Positions 20,529 to 29,781 of a stretch of DNA of 64,000 bases are shown one piece after another. Made by a program: the position numbers and the translations under genes. Where the stretch lies: assembly GCA_036504035.1 (NCBI GenBank), contig DASXVV010000009.1:577751-641750 (forward strand), given 5' to 3'. The notes under the pieces are model-generated. The model had not been told where the DNA came from, ran no database searches, and worked only from the letters and a program-made list of their open reading frames with translations. The stretch is from Candidatus Deferrimicrobiaceae bacterium. GTDB lineage: Bacteria > Desulfobacterota > Deferrimicrobia > Deferrimicrobiales > Deferrimicrobiaceae. How positions within the stretch are numbered: the stretch's first letter is position 1; the number at the start of each line of letters is the position of its first letter.

Positions 20529-21524
20529 TCAGCGGGGCGCGTTGATCGCGTCGATCAGAAGCCGCAGCCCGGCGAAATCCCGCCGGTTGAAGCGGAACAC
20601 CAGCCGGGGTAGCTCCGCCAGCTCGGGTTCGTTGGCCTCTTCGGGCAGCGGGCCCGACAGCCGGAATGCGCCCTCATCGAGCAGGCCTTCGAACCGGTCC
20701 TGAATCTCCGCGACGGTCGCCTCCGGCAAGGGACTCTTGAGCCGCATGACGAGGTCGGGGCCGACGTACCGGAGGCTGTGGTAGACGCGGTAGAACGACT
20801 CGATCTCGGCGACCGCATCCTCGACCCGGTCGGTGATCCGAAACAACGTCGTGTCGTTTCTTGAGATCCACCCCTCGCCCTTGATGTCCCGTTCCACGAA
20901 CTGCTCGAACGCCCGCCAGTACCAGCCGCCCGGCTCGTCGACCAGGACAACGGGGAACGGATGGCTCTTGCCCGTCTGAAGCAGCGTCAGCACCTCGAAC
21001 GCCTCGTCGAGCGTCCCGAAGCCGCCCGGAAAAAGCGCCACCCCCTGCGATTCCTTGACGAACAACAGCTTGCGGGTAAAGAAATATTTCGTATGGATCG
21101 TGTTGATGCCGCCTTCGAGCACCTTGTTGTCGTGCTGCTCGAACGGCAACAGGATGTTGATCCCCAGCGACAGGTCGCGCCCCGCCCCGACGTGCGCCGC
21201 CTCCATGATGCCGGGACCTCCGCCGGTCACGACCATCCACCCGCGCTTCCCCATCTCGCGCCCGAACGCCTCGGCCTGGACGTAGGCCGGGCTCCCGGGC
21301 TTGGTTCGCGCTGAACCGAACACGGTCACCTTGCGGAAATCGCGCAATGCATCGAACCGCCGAAAGGCATGCACCAGCTCCCGGAACGATTTCGAGAGCA
21401 TCTTGAGATCGGCGCGCCCCAGGCCGCTCTCGGAAAGCCGGTCGACCGACGCCCGCAGCTCGCCGATCAGCTCCTCCGAGGTGACCGGGTGCCCGTTGCC
21501 GTTCCCGTTACGTCCGTTGACCAT
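20529..21524 (-). CDS. LOG-family (TIGR00730) Rossmann-fold protein, long form with a C-terminal extension
   Basis: Motifs VFGSAR...GGGPGIMEA...PGGFGTLDE are characteristic of LOG-type nucleotide-binding proteins. Confidence 0.75.
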   Translation of the reverse strand: MVNGRNGNGNGHPVTSEELIGELRASVDRLSESGLGRADLKMLSKSFRELVHAFRRFDALRDFRKVTVFGSARTKPGSPAYVQAEAFGREMGKRGWMVVTGGGPGIMEAAHVGAGRDLSLGINILLPFEQHDNKVLEGGINTIHTKYFFTRKLLFVKESQGVALFPGGFGTLDEAFEVLTLLQTGKSHPFPVVLVDEPGGWYWRAFEQFVERDIKGEGWISRNDTTLFRITDRVEDAVAEIESFYRVYHSLRYVGPDLVMRLKSPLPEATVAEIQDRFEGLLDEGAFRLSGPLPEEANEPELAELPRLVFRFNRRDFAGLRLLIDAINAPR

Positions 21525-21548
21525 CCCTGTATCCCCCGGAAGTCGTTT

Positions 21549-22298
21549 CTAGAGCATCTGGCTGCCGCCGCTAACCGGGAGATAGCTGCCGGTCACGAAG
21601 CGCGCCTCTTCGGAAGCCATGAACAGCACCACGCCCGCGACGTCGTCGGGGACGCCGATCCGCCGCAGTGGTGCCGCATTGGCCGCGCCCGCCTTGTGCT
21701 CGGGCTTGATCGACGCGGTCGCATCGGTCTCCGTGAGCCCGGGCGCCACGACGTTGACCCGGACGCCGCTCGGCCCCAGCTCGAGGGCAAGCGACTTCAT
21801 GAAGGCGTCGAGCCCGGACTTGGCGGTCGCGTGCGCGCAGAAGCCGTAACCCGGCTGGCGCGACAGCTGGCTGCTGATCGCCACCACCGAGCCCCGCTTC
21901 CGGTCGACCATCCCGGGAATGAACGCCTTGCAGCAGTTGAAGGCGGCCGAAAGTTCGCCGATCAGCTTCGCCTCGAAATCCTCCCAGGCAAACGACAGGA
22001 ACGGGACGATGGGGAAACCGATGCTCGCATTGATCACGAGTACGTCGACCGGCCCGAGCGAATCGGCAACGATCGCCGCCATCGCGTTCACCTGGACCGG
22101 GTCGCGGACGTCGGCCTGGACACAGAACGCCTTCCCCCCCGCCGACACGATCTCCCGGACAACCGCCTCGGCGGCCTCCCGGCTGTTCGCGTAATTGACC
22201 GCGACCGCGGCCCCGTGCGCCGCAAGCCGCTTAGCCGTCGCCGCCCCGATGCCGCGCGAGCCGCCCGTGACAACCGCGATCTTCCCTTTCATCATCAT
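21549..22298 (-). CDS. SDR-family oxidoreductase (FabG-like)
   Basis: TGGSRGIG Rossmann motif, NASIG motif, and catalytic Y-x3-K (YGFCAHATAK). Confidence 0.85.
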   Translation of the reverse strand: MMMKGKIAVVTGGSRGIGAATAKRLAAHGAAVAVNYANSREAAEAVVREIVSAGGKAFCVQADVRDPVQVNAMAAIVADSLGPVDVLVINASIGFPIVPFLSFAWEDFEAKLIGELSAAFNCCKAFIPGMVDRKRGSVVAISSQLSRQPGYGFCAHATAKSGLDAFMKSLALELGPSGVRVNVVAPGLTETDATASIKPEHKAGAANAAPLRRIGVPDDVAGVVLFMASEEARFVTGSYLPVSGGSQML

Positions 22299-24082
22299 CC
22301 CTTCCTCCTGTCGGAACGTTTTGTGATGCCGCTGACCAGATCCATCCGGCCGATCCGCCGGAAATGCGCCGCGACCTTCTCCGCGTTGCGCGGGCTCGAA
22401 AGATCGAGCAGCGCCTTCTGCACCTTGGCCTCAGCCCCCGACGGCACATGCACCGTCTCGCCATCCGCGGGATCGCGCCCGGTCACGAACATGCAGGTCG
22501 CGGCCGTCATCGGAGTGGGCGTGAACTGTTGCGCCTGCTCGACGCCGCCGCCGAGCCGTTCGAGGACGAAGCGGGACAGCGCGAGCGCGTCCTCCATCTC
22601 CGTCCCGGGGTGGCCCGCGATCAGGTAGGGCACGACCTGGAGGTCCTGCCCCCCCTCCCGCCGCAGCGCGTCGAACTGCCGCAGGAATTCCTCGAAGGCC
22701 GCCGGGGCGGGTTTCCCCATCCGGCGAAGCGCGCAGGGCGCCACATGCTCGGGCGCGACCTTCATCCGCCCGCCGACGTGGTGCAGCACCAGATCCCGGA
22801 ACAGCCCGCGCTGCGCGGGCAGGATGAGCAGATCGTGCCGAAGCCCGGACGCGACGAACACGTGCCGGACGCCCGGGACGCGGCGTACTTCGGACAGCAG
22901 TCGGCGAAACGGCTCCCCGGACGCCTCGAGATGGGAGCAGATCCTCGGATACAGGCAGCTCGCCCGGGAGCAGCCCGGCTGCCCCTCCTCGCCGGCCCGT
23001 CCGCAGCGGCTTCCGTACATGTTGGCGGTGGGACCACCCACGTCCTGGATCGTCCCCTTGAAATCGGGCCGCGCCGCCAGGCGGCGCACCTCGTCGACGA
23101 TTCCTTCCGCGGGGCGGCTGACCACCATCCTTCCCTGGTGGGCTCCGAGCGCGCAGAAGGCACAGCCGCCCGAGCAGCCGCGGTGCGCGACGACGGAGGT
23201 CCGCACGGTCTCGAGCGCCGGGATTCCCCCTTCCCGACCGTACTGCGCCGGGAAGGCTCGCGTGAACGGCAGCCGGTAGACCGCGTCGAGCTCCTGCGGG
23301 GACAGCGGCCGCGCGGGCGGGTTGACGACGACCCACCGCTTGCCGTGAGGCTGGGCCAGCACGGGAGGCGAGGGTTTGAGCGATGCCTCCCGGAATGCCC
23401 GGAAGAATTCGAAGAATCCGTCGGGGTCCTTCGCCGCCGTTTCGGCGGAAGGCAAGAGGGCGGCCCCCTCCGGCGCGACCGACGACAGGTAGGCGATGCC
23501 GGAAATCGTGCGCAGCGCCTCGGCCTCTCCCCCGTCGGCGTAGTGCCGGGCCAGCGCCTCGACGGCCCGCTCCCCCATTCCGTAGACGAGGACGTCGGCC
23601 TTGGCGTCGGCCAGCACCGAGCCGCGCACCTTCTGCTGGACGAAGTCGTAGTGTGACAGGCGGCGAAGGCTGGCCTCGATGCCGCCCAGGACGATCGGAA
23701 CGCCGGGAAACGCTTCCCGGCAGCGCTGCGCGTAGACGACCGTCGCGAGGTCCGGCCTTCGGCCCGGCTTTCCGCCGGGGGAATAGGCATCGGAAGCACG
23801 GTGACGCCGGTCCGGGGTGTAGTTGGCCACCATCGAGTCGAGGTTGCCGGCCGTGACCCCGAAGAAAAGCCGGGGGCGCCCGAGGCGCCGGAATTCCGCC
23901 GCGTCCTTCCAGGCCGGTTGCGCCAGGATCCCGACGCGGTAGCCGAGCGATTCGAGGTGACGGCCGATGATGGCCGCGCCGAACGCGGGATGATCGACAT
24001 AAGCGTCCCCGGTCACCAGGACGATATCGAACGGCTCGCCGGAGGCATCGGGCGATTGCGGGAGAAGACTGTTTCGGGTCAT
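22295..24082 (-). CDS. YgiQ-family (UPF0313) radical SAM protein
   Basis: N-terminal DIVLVTGDAYVDHPAFG with an HRGCSGGCAFC cluster, matching the YgiQ family. Its stop overlaps the SDR start as ATGA. Confidence 0.85.
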   Translation of the reverse strand: MTRNSLLPQSPDASGEPFDIVLVTGDAYVDHPAFGAAIIGRHLESLGYRVGILAQPAWKDAAEFRRLGRPRLFFGVTAGNLDSMVANYTPDRRHRASDAYSPGGKPGRRPDLATVVYAQRCREAFPGVPIVLGGIEASLRRLSHYDFVQQKVRGSVLADAKADVLVYGMGERAVEALARHYADGGEAEALRTISGIAYLSSVAPEGAALLPSAETAAKDPDGFFEFFRAFREASLKPSPPVLAQPHGKRWVVVNPPARPLSPQELDAVYRLPFTRAFPAQYGREGGIPALETVRTSVVAHRGCSGGCAFCALGAHQGRMVVSRPAEGIVDEVRRLAARPDFKGTIQDVGGPTANMYGSRCGRAGEEGQPGCSRASCLYPRICSHLEASGEPFRRLLSEVRRVPGVRHVFVASGLRHDLLILPAQRGLFRDLVLHHVGGRMKVAPEHVAPCALRRMGKPAPAAFEEFLRQFDALRREGGQDLQVVPYLIAGHPGTEMEDALALSRFVLERLGGGVEQAQQFTPTPMTAATCMFVTGRDPADGETVHVPSGAEAKVQKALLDLSSPRNAEKVAAHFRRIGRMDLVSGITKRSDRRKG

Positions 24083-24149
24083 CCTTAATTGTCGGGGGGC
24101 GCACCGGGAAAAGCAAGCGGCGCGACCGGATCATCTATAATCATCGCCT

Positions 24150-26873
24150 ATGGATCCGGGCTTCGGACAGCGCGCGCTCGAGACGAAACTGCGGCCGCCT
24201 TCGCAGGGGGTTCGGCATATGCCGCGCCCCCGCTTCCTTGCGGAACGGCCAGGCGGGGAGGAGGCGCCCCGCCTGGTGCTCGTCTCCGCCCCGGCCGGCT
24301 CCGGAAAGACGACGGTGCTGTCCGAGTGGTACCTTTCGCTGCGGGACGCCGGGCAAGACGCCGCCTGGCTCTCGCTCGACGCGTTCGACAACCCGCCCAG
24401 GCGGTTCCTCGGCAACCTGGTTGCGGCGATCCGGGCGGTCCGGCCCGGAGCTTGCCGGGAAGCGTTCGAGGCGATCGCCGCGACGCCGGACGTCCCGATC
24501 GAATACGTCGCGGAGAGCATCCTGCACGCCCTGGGAAAAAACGCCCCCCCGCTGACCCTCTTCCTCGACGACTACCACGAGATTCGCGAGAAGGCGATCC
24601 ACGCCCTGCTGGAATATTTCATCCGCAACGCACCGGCCGCGACCCGCTTCGTCATCGGCACCCGCAAGGATCCCCCGCTCTCGCTCGAACGGCTCCGGAT
24701 GCGCGGAGGGCTGCGCGAATACCGATGGGACGATCTTCGGTTCAACGAGGCCGAAGCGCACGGCTACCTCAACGAGACATGCCGCCTGGGGCTGTCCGTA
24801 CGCCAGATCGAGGGGCTCTGTTCCCGAACCGAGGGATGGATCACAGGGCTCCAGCTGGCGGCGATGGCCTTCCCCGGCGCAGGCGATCCCGACCGGATCG
24901 TGGCGTCCATCACCGGCGCCCAGCGCAAGATCGCCAATTACCTGCTCGAAGACGTCTTCGACCGGCAGCCCCGGGCCGTGCAGCGCTTCCTGATGGAGAC
25001 GGCAATCCTCGACCGGATGACCGCCCCCCTTTGCGACCGTCTTACCGGGCGGCAGGATGGCAGGCAGATGCTCGAGACGCTCGAGAACGGCAACCTGTTC
25101 GTCTTCGGGCTCGATGACCAGCGCACCTGGTACCGCTACCATCACCTGTTCGCCCATTTCCTCCGGATCCGATTGCGTACCGATCTTCCCGAAGCGGTCG
25201 AAGGGCTATACGACCGCGCCAGTGCATGGTTCGAGGAAAACGATCTTCCGGCCGAGGCGGTCCGGCATGCCATCGCCGGGAAGCGCCTCCGGAGAGCGGC
25301 GCGACTGCTCGAGCTCTCCGGCCGGGAGCTGTTCCGCCGGGGCGATTTCAAGGAGCTGCGTCAGAGCCTCGATGCGCTTCCCGACGAGGCCGTCCGGCGC
25401 TCGGGTACGCTCTGCACGCTCCATGCATGGTCGCTTTGCTACCTGGGAGAATTCGAAGGCGCGAACAGCCGGATCGCTTCCGCAGAGAAGGCGATTCGAG
25501 CCGCGGACCCGGGCGCCGTCCATCCTCGGGTTCCGGCGGTCTCTCTCGCCGACGCCGAGTTGCACGTCCTTCGGGCGGTCCTGGGCATCATCCGCCGGGA
25601 CGAGCCCGACGTGTCGGGATTGAACGCCGACATTGCCGACGCCTTCCCCTCCGCAGCGAAGGTGTTGCGAGGCTATGCCGCCATCGCGCTCGGCTTCAAG
25701 TGCCGCGTCGAGGGCGACCTGCCCGCAGCCCTTCACCGCTTCCAGGCGGCGATCGAGGTCACGGATGCGGTCGACAGCTCCCTCGTCAACCTCAACGCGC
25801 GGCTCAACGTCGGGATCGCCTTTTACCTGATGGGGCACGGCGTCGAGGCGGAGCGGTCTTTCCGTGAATCGCTCGACCTCGCCGGAAAGCGACGGTGGCT
25901 CCGAAGCGTCGGTGCGGCCTTTCTCCGGTACGGCCTGGCGCTCGAGCTCCACGACCAGAACCGGTTGTCGGAAGCGCAGGAACAGCTTTCGGAAGGCATC
26001 GCGCTGATCGAGGCGGGCGAGGCGTTCGGATTCCTGGGGCTTTCGCTCGTGGAGCGTGCGCGCGCCAATGCGGCGCTTCGGAGGCCGGACCTGGCGGCCG
26101 CCGATCTCGAACACGCCCGCGCGGTCGCCCGGATGCACGACCTTACACGGGTCCTGTTCCGGGCCGACCTGCTCGACGCCCGGATGACGATCCTCACCGG
26201 GGAGCCGGGGAAGGCGGCGGGTTTCCTCGAAGCCGCCGCAGCGACGCTGGACGGGTGGAAACCGGGAACCGGCGACCGCTTCTCGGAAAGGCAGGAGCTC
26301 TACCTGGTCGAACGGATCCGACTCATGCTGGCGGGGAAGCAGTTCGACGACGCCGCCAGGCTCGCCGCCGGCGCCATCCGCAGCGCCACGGCAGCGGGCC
26401 GCGTGCGCCACGTCATCGAATTCCGGATCCTCCAGGCGCTTGCCACCGACGGGCTGTCGCGTCGCGAGCGGGCGCTCTCGGCGCTTGGTGAAGCGCTGAA
26501 ACTGGCCGGGGGAAACGGGATCCTGCGGCCCTTCATCAACGCGGGCGCCCGCCTCATCCCGCTGCTCCGGTTGCTCGAGGCAAATAAGGCGATGCGCTCC
26601 ACGGTCGTGCCGATCCTCGCCGCGATGCAGGACCGCGGCAGGCCGGTCTACGGGAAACGGGAACCCGACCTGCGGGACGAGCCGTTCCACCACCGCGAGG
26701 TGCAGATCCTCGACCTGATCTCGAAAGGGCTGCGCAACCGCGAGATCGGCAAGCGGCTCTTCCTCTCCGAGGAAACCGTGAAGTGGTATCTCAAGCGCCT
26801 TTACCTGAAGCTCTACGTCGGCACCCGCACCGAAGCCGTCAGCAAGGCGCGCAAGCTCGGCCTGATCCCGTAA
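24150..26873 (+). CDS. MalT-like LuxR-family transcriptional regulator (NTPase + TPR-like middle region + C-terminal LuxR HTH)
   Basis: Walker A SAPAGSGKTT; C-terminal EVQILDLISKGLRNREIGKRLFLSEETVKWYLKRLYLKL, a LuxR-type helix-turn-helix. Confidence 0.85.
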   Translation: MDPGFGQRALETKLRPPSQGVRHMPRPRFLAERPGGEEAPRLVLVSAPAGSGKTTVLSEWYLSLRDAGQDAAWLSLDAFDNPPRRFLGNLVAAIRAVRPGACREAFEAIAATPDVPIEYVAESILHALGKNAPPLTLFLDDYHEIREKAIHALLEYFIRNAPAATRFVIGTRKDPPLSLERLRMRGGLREYRWDDLRFNEAEAHGYLNETCRLGLSVRQIEGLCSRTEGWITGLQLAAMAFPGAGDPDRIVASITGAQRKIANYLLEDVFDRQPRAVQRFLMETAILDRMTAPLCDRLTGRQDGRQMLETLENGNLFVFGLDDQRTWYRYHHLFAHFLRIRLRTDLPEAVEGLYDRASAWFEENDLPAEAVRHAIAGKRLRRAARLLELSGRELFRRGDFKELRQSLDALPDEAVRRSGTLCTLHAWSLCYLGEFEGANSRIASAEKAIRAADPGAVHPRVPAVSLADAELHVLRAVLGIIRRDEPDVSGLNADIADAFPSAAKVLRGYAAIALGFKCRVEGDLPAALHRFQAAIEVTDAVDSSLVNLNARLNVGIAFYLMGHGVEAERSFRESLDLAGKRRWLRSVGAAFLRYGLALELHDQNRLSEAQEQLSEGIALIEAGEAFGFLGLSLVERARANAALRRPDLAAADLEHARAVARMHDLTRVLFRADLLDARMTILTGEPGKAAGFLEAAAATLDGWKPGTGDRFSERQELYLVERIRLMLAGKQFDDAARLAAGAIRSATAAGRVRHVIEFRILQALATDGLSRRERALSALGEALKLAGGNGILRPFINAGARLIPLLRLLEANKAMRSTVVPILAAMQDRGRPVYGKREPDLRDEPFHHREVQILDLISKGLRNREIGKRLFLSEETVKWYLKRLYLKLYVGTRTEAVSKARKLGLIP

Positions 26874-26879
26874 TTTCTC

Positions 26880-27215
26880 CCCCCGCGAAAGGGGGGGATA
26901 TGCCCGACGGAATTCCCCCCCTTCGGGGGGTGCCCCCTCCCCAACGCTCCCCTATGATTCACTCCAGCGTCACATTCACCGGCGTTTACCCCTGCGCGCG
27001 TAGCGACGGAGGCGACGCTGCGGATGGCTCCTGCTTCCGTAGCGGAAGGGGATGGGGGTCTGAGCGCAATGCCGATGGATAGAAGTGTTGCGGCTGCCGA
27101 TGGAGCGAACGGCCCCCGCCCCGGAGCGGAGGATTCCGCGAGACATCCGCACTTTATGAAGTTGTTGTTCGCAGCGATCCGGCAAGGGGATACATAACCG
27201 ACACTACGGGAGGAC
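26880..27215. repeat. Intergenic region carrying copies of the dispersed repeat family (27034-27100 is an inverted copy of 33820-33886)
   Basis: gcttccgtagcggaaggggatgggggtctgagcgcaatgccgatggatagaagtgttgcggctg matches the reverse complement of 33820-33886 at about 85% identity. Confidence 0.5.
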
Positions 27216-27219
27216 GAAG

Positions 27220-28689
27220 ATGGGAGTTTTGGCCACACCGAGCGACAGCTACAGCATCACGATGCGCGTCGACATCCAGAACAAGCCGGGCATGCTCGGC
27301 AAGATCGCCACGGCGATCGGCGTCGCCGGCGGCGACATCGGCGCAGTCGATCTCTCCGGCCACGGCAAAGGGACGGTCACCCGCGATATCACGGTGCGCG
27401 CCCGCGACGTCGACCATGCCAACGAGATCATCGCCGCGGTCAAGAAGGTCGGCGGCGTCAAGGTCGTCAACGTTTCCGACCGTACCTTCCTCAAGCACCT
27501 GGGCGGCAAGATCGAGGTCGCAAACAAGATCCCGGTCAAGACGCGCGCCGACCTGTCCATCGCCTACACGCCGGGCGTCGCCCGCGTCTGCATGGCCATC
27601 CACCACGACGTCAAGAAGTCGCACACGCTCACGATCCGTCGCAACACCGTCGCGGTCGTTTCCGACGGCACGGCGGTGCTCGGCCTCGGCGACATCGGGC
27701 CGGAAGCGGCCATGCCGGTCATGGAAGGCAAGGCGATGCTGTTCAAGGAATTCGGCGGCGTCGATGCGTGGCCGATCTGCATCGACACGAAAGACACCGA
27801 AGAGATCATCAAGATCGTCAAGGCGCTCGCGCCCAGTTTCGGCGGCATCAACCTCGAGGATATCTCCGCCCCCCGCTGCTTCGAGATCGAGGAACGGCTC
27901 AAGGCCGAGATGGATATCCCGGTATTCCACGACGACCAGCACGGCACGGCGGTGGTCGTCCTCGCCGCGTTGCTCAATTCGCTCAAGATCGTCAAGAAGC
28001 GGATCCAGGACATGAAGATCATCGTGGCGGGCGTCGGCGCGGCCGGCGTCGCCTGCAGCAAGATCATCATGAACGCCGGCGCGAAGAACATCATCGGCGT
28101 CGACCGCACCGGGGCCATCTACAAGGGGCGCAAGCAGCACATGAACTTCATGAAGGACTGGTACGCCGAGCACACGAACCCCAACGGCGAACGGGGGAAG
28201 CTTTCCGACGTGATGAAGGGCGCCGACATGTTCATCGGTCTTGCCGGCCCGGGCCTCATCACCGTCGAGGACCTGAAGGTGATGGCCAAGGACCCGATCG
28301 TCTTCGCGATGGCGAACCCCGATCCCGAGATCATGCCCGAGGAGGCCGCGCCGTATGTCCGCATCATGGCGACAGGCCGTTCCGACTATCCGAACCAGAT
28401 CAACAACGTCCTCTGCTTCCCCGGCCTCTTCCGCGGCGCGCTCGACTGCCGCGCCTCGATGATCACCGAGGAGATGAAGCTGGCGGCCGCCCATGCGATC
28501 GCGGGTTGCGTCGACAAGGCCGAGCTGTCGGAGGATTACATCATCCCGTCGGTGTTCAACCGAAAGGTCGCACCGGCGGTCGCGAAGGAAGTGGCGAAGG
28601 CCGCCCAGCGAACCAAGGTCGCCCGGCGCGCCCTCAACAAGATCGAGCACCCCGAGATCCCGTTCGATGTGAACATGGATGCCGAGTAG
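27220..28689 (+). CDS. NAD(P)-dependent malic enzyme (short bacterial form with an N-terminal ACT-like domain)
   Basis: Motifs AYTPGV, VVSDGTAVLGLGDIG, IVAGVGAAGVA and NPDPEI are conserved in malic enzymes. Confidence 0.9.
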   Translation: MGVLATPSDSYSITMRVDIQNKPGMLGKIATAIGVAGGDIGAVDLSGHGKGTVTRDITVRARDVDHANEIIAAVKKVGGVKVVNVSDRTFLKHLGGKIEVANKIPVKTRADLSIAYTPGVARVCMAIHHDVKKSHTLTIRRNTVAVVSDGTAVLGLGDIGPEAAMPVMEGKAMLFKEFGGVDAWPICIDTKDTEEIIKIVKALAPSFGGINLEDISAPRCFEIEERLKAEMDIPVFHDDQHGTAVVVLAALLNSLKIVKKRIQDMKIIVAGVGAAGVACSKIIMNAGAKNIIGVDRTGAIYKGRKQHMNFMKDWYAEHTNPNGERGKLSDVMKGADMFIGLAGPGLITVEDLKVMAKDPIVFAMANPDPEIMPEEAAPYVRIMATGRSDYPNQINNVLCFPGLFRGALDCRASMITEEMKLAAAHAIAGCVDKAELSEDYIIPSVFNRKVAPAVAKEVAKAAQRTKVARRALNKIEHPEIPFDVNMDAE

Positions 28690-29085
28690 CTAACCCTTCC
28701 GCGGCAGCGGCAGGGCGGTCGCCTGACCCTTTGCGATCAGGCGGCCGTCCTCGCCGGTCACCGAAAGCTCGACGACGATCGACTGGCGGCCGGTGTGGAC
28801 CGCCTTCGACTCGCAGGTGATCGTCTCGCCGGGCTTCGACGCCCGCAGGACGTTCATGTTGTACTGCGCGCCGACCGCGTCGACCGTCGCGTTGACCGAG
28901 AGCGCGAACGCCGCGTCGGCCACCGCGAACACCAGCACGCCGTGACCGATATTGTGGGCGTTGAGGAACCGCTCCTGCACCTTGACCGAGACGCGCGCGT
29001 ACCCCTCCCGCGCCTCTTCCAGCTTCATCCCGAAATCCTGGATCAGCCGGTCGCCGTTCCAGATCGCCTCAATCCTTTTCTGCAC
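28690..29085 (-). CDS. PaaI/hotdog-fold acyl-CoA thioesterase
   Basis: 131 aa; the NIGHGVLVFAVADAAFA motif fits a 4HBT/PaaI-type thioesterase. Confidence 0.75.
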   Translation of the reverse strand: MQKRIEAIWNGDRLIQDFGMKLEEAREGYARVSVKVQERFLNAHNIGHGVLVFAVADAAFALSVNATVDAVGAQYNMNVLRASKPGETITCESKAVHTGRQSIVVELSVTGEDGRLIAKGQATALPLPRKG

Positions 29086-29602
29086 GCGCCGCCTCCCGTT
29101 CCTTCATGAATTCCTTCGCATAGTTGACGTAGTTGTTCGAGTAGACGCGCACCCGTTCGACCGAATCGGGGCCGAGGTCCCTGACCACCTTGGCCGGGAC
29201 GCCCATCACGAGCGAGTGCGGGGGGACCTTCAACCCCGGCGGGACGACCGCCCCCGCCGCCACAATGCTGCCGCGGCCGATCACGGCGTTGTCGAGGATA
29301 ACCGCCCCGATCCCGATCAGGCACAGGTCCTCGATAACGCAGCCGTGGGCGCAGACACCGTGGCCAAACGTCACCTCGTCGCCGACGATCACCGGCAGGT
29401 CCTTCGTCAGGTGGAACATGCAGTTGTCCTGCACGTTGCTGCGCCGGCCGATCCGGATAAAGTTGATGTCGCCCCGCAGGACGGTGTTGAACCAGATGCT
29501 CCCCTCCTCGCCGACCTCGACGTCGCCGATCAGCTGCGCCCCCTCGGCGATGTAGACGGACGGGTGGATCTGGGGATGTTTCCCCCGGAACGGAATCAGC
29601 AT
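29069..29602 (-). CDS. Gamma-carbonic-anhydrase / hexapeptide-repeat (PaaY/YrdA/CaiE-like) protein
   Basis: Left-handed beta-helix hexapeptide repeats with His ligands (FGHGVCAHG). It overlaps the thioesterase start by 17 nt. Confidence 0.8.
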   Translation of the reverse strand: MLIPFRGKHPQIHPSVYIAEGAQLIGDVEVGEEGSIWFNTVLRGDINFIRIGRRSNVQDNCMFHLTKDLPVIVGDEVTFGHGVCAHGCVIEDLCLIGIGAVILDNAVIGRGSIVAAGAVVPPGLKVPPHSLVMGVPAKVVRDLGPDSVERVRVYSNNYVNYAKEFMKEREAARAEKD

Positions 29603-29781
29603 GCAGCCCCCCCCTGACGTGTCGCAAAACATACCACGACAGTCTACCCAAGCCACGCATCGAAAAGAAACCTTGCGAAGAGGACGACAAGTGAATCCTG
29701 CCCTACGGGGAGAGGGCACCACGAACGGAATCGGGCCGGGAAAGCGATCTCCCGGCCCGTGACACCAAGTCAATACCCCCA

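Noticed and set aside
22364-24134. Alternate-frame ORFs (430, 567 and 412 aa) overlapping the YgiQ radical SAM gene
   Set aside because: Only the 595-aa frame carries the YgiQ motifs and the CxxC cluster.
28684-28695. TAGCTA palindrome formed by abutting convergent stop codons of the malic enzyme and the thioesterase
   Set aside because: It is a trivial consequence of two TAG stops meeting tail-to-tail, and there is no flanking structure.
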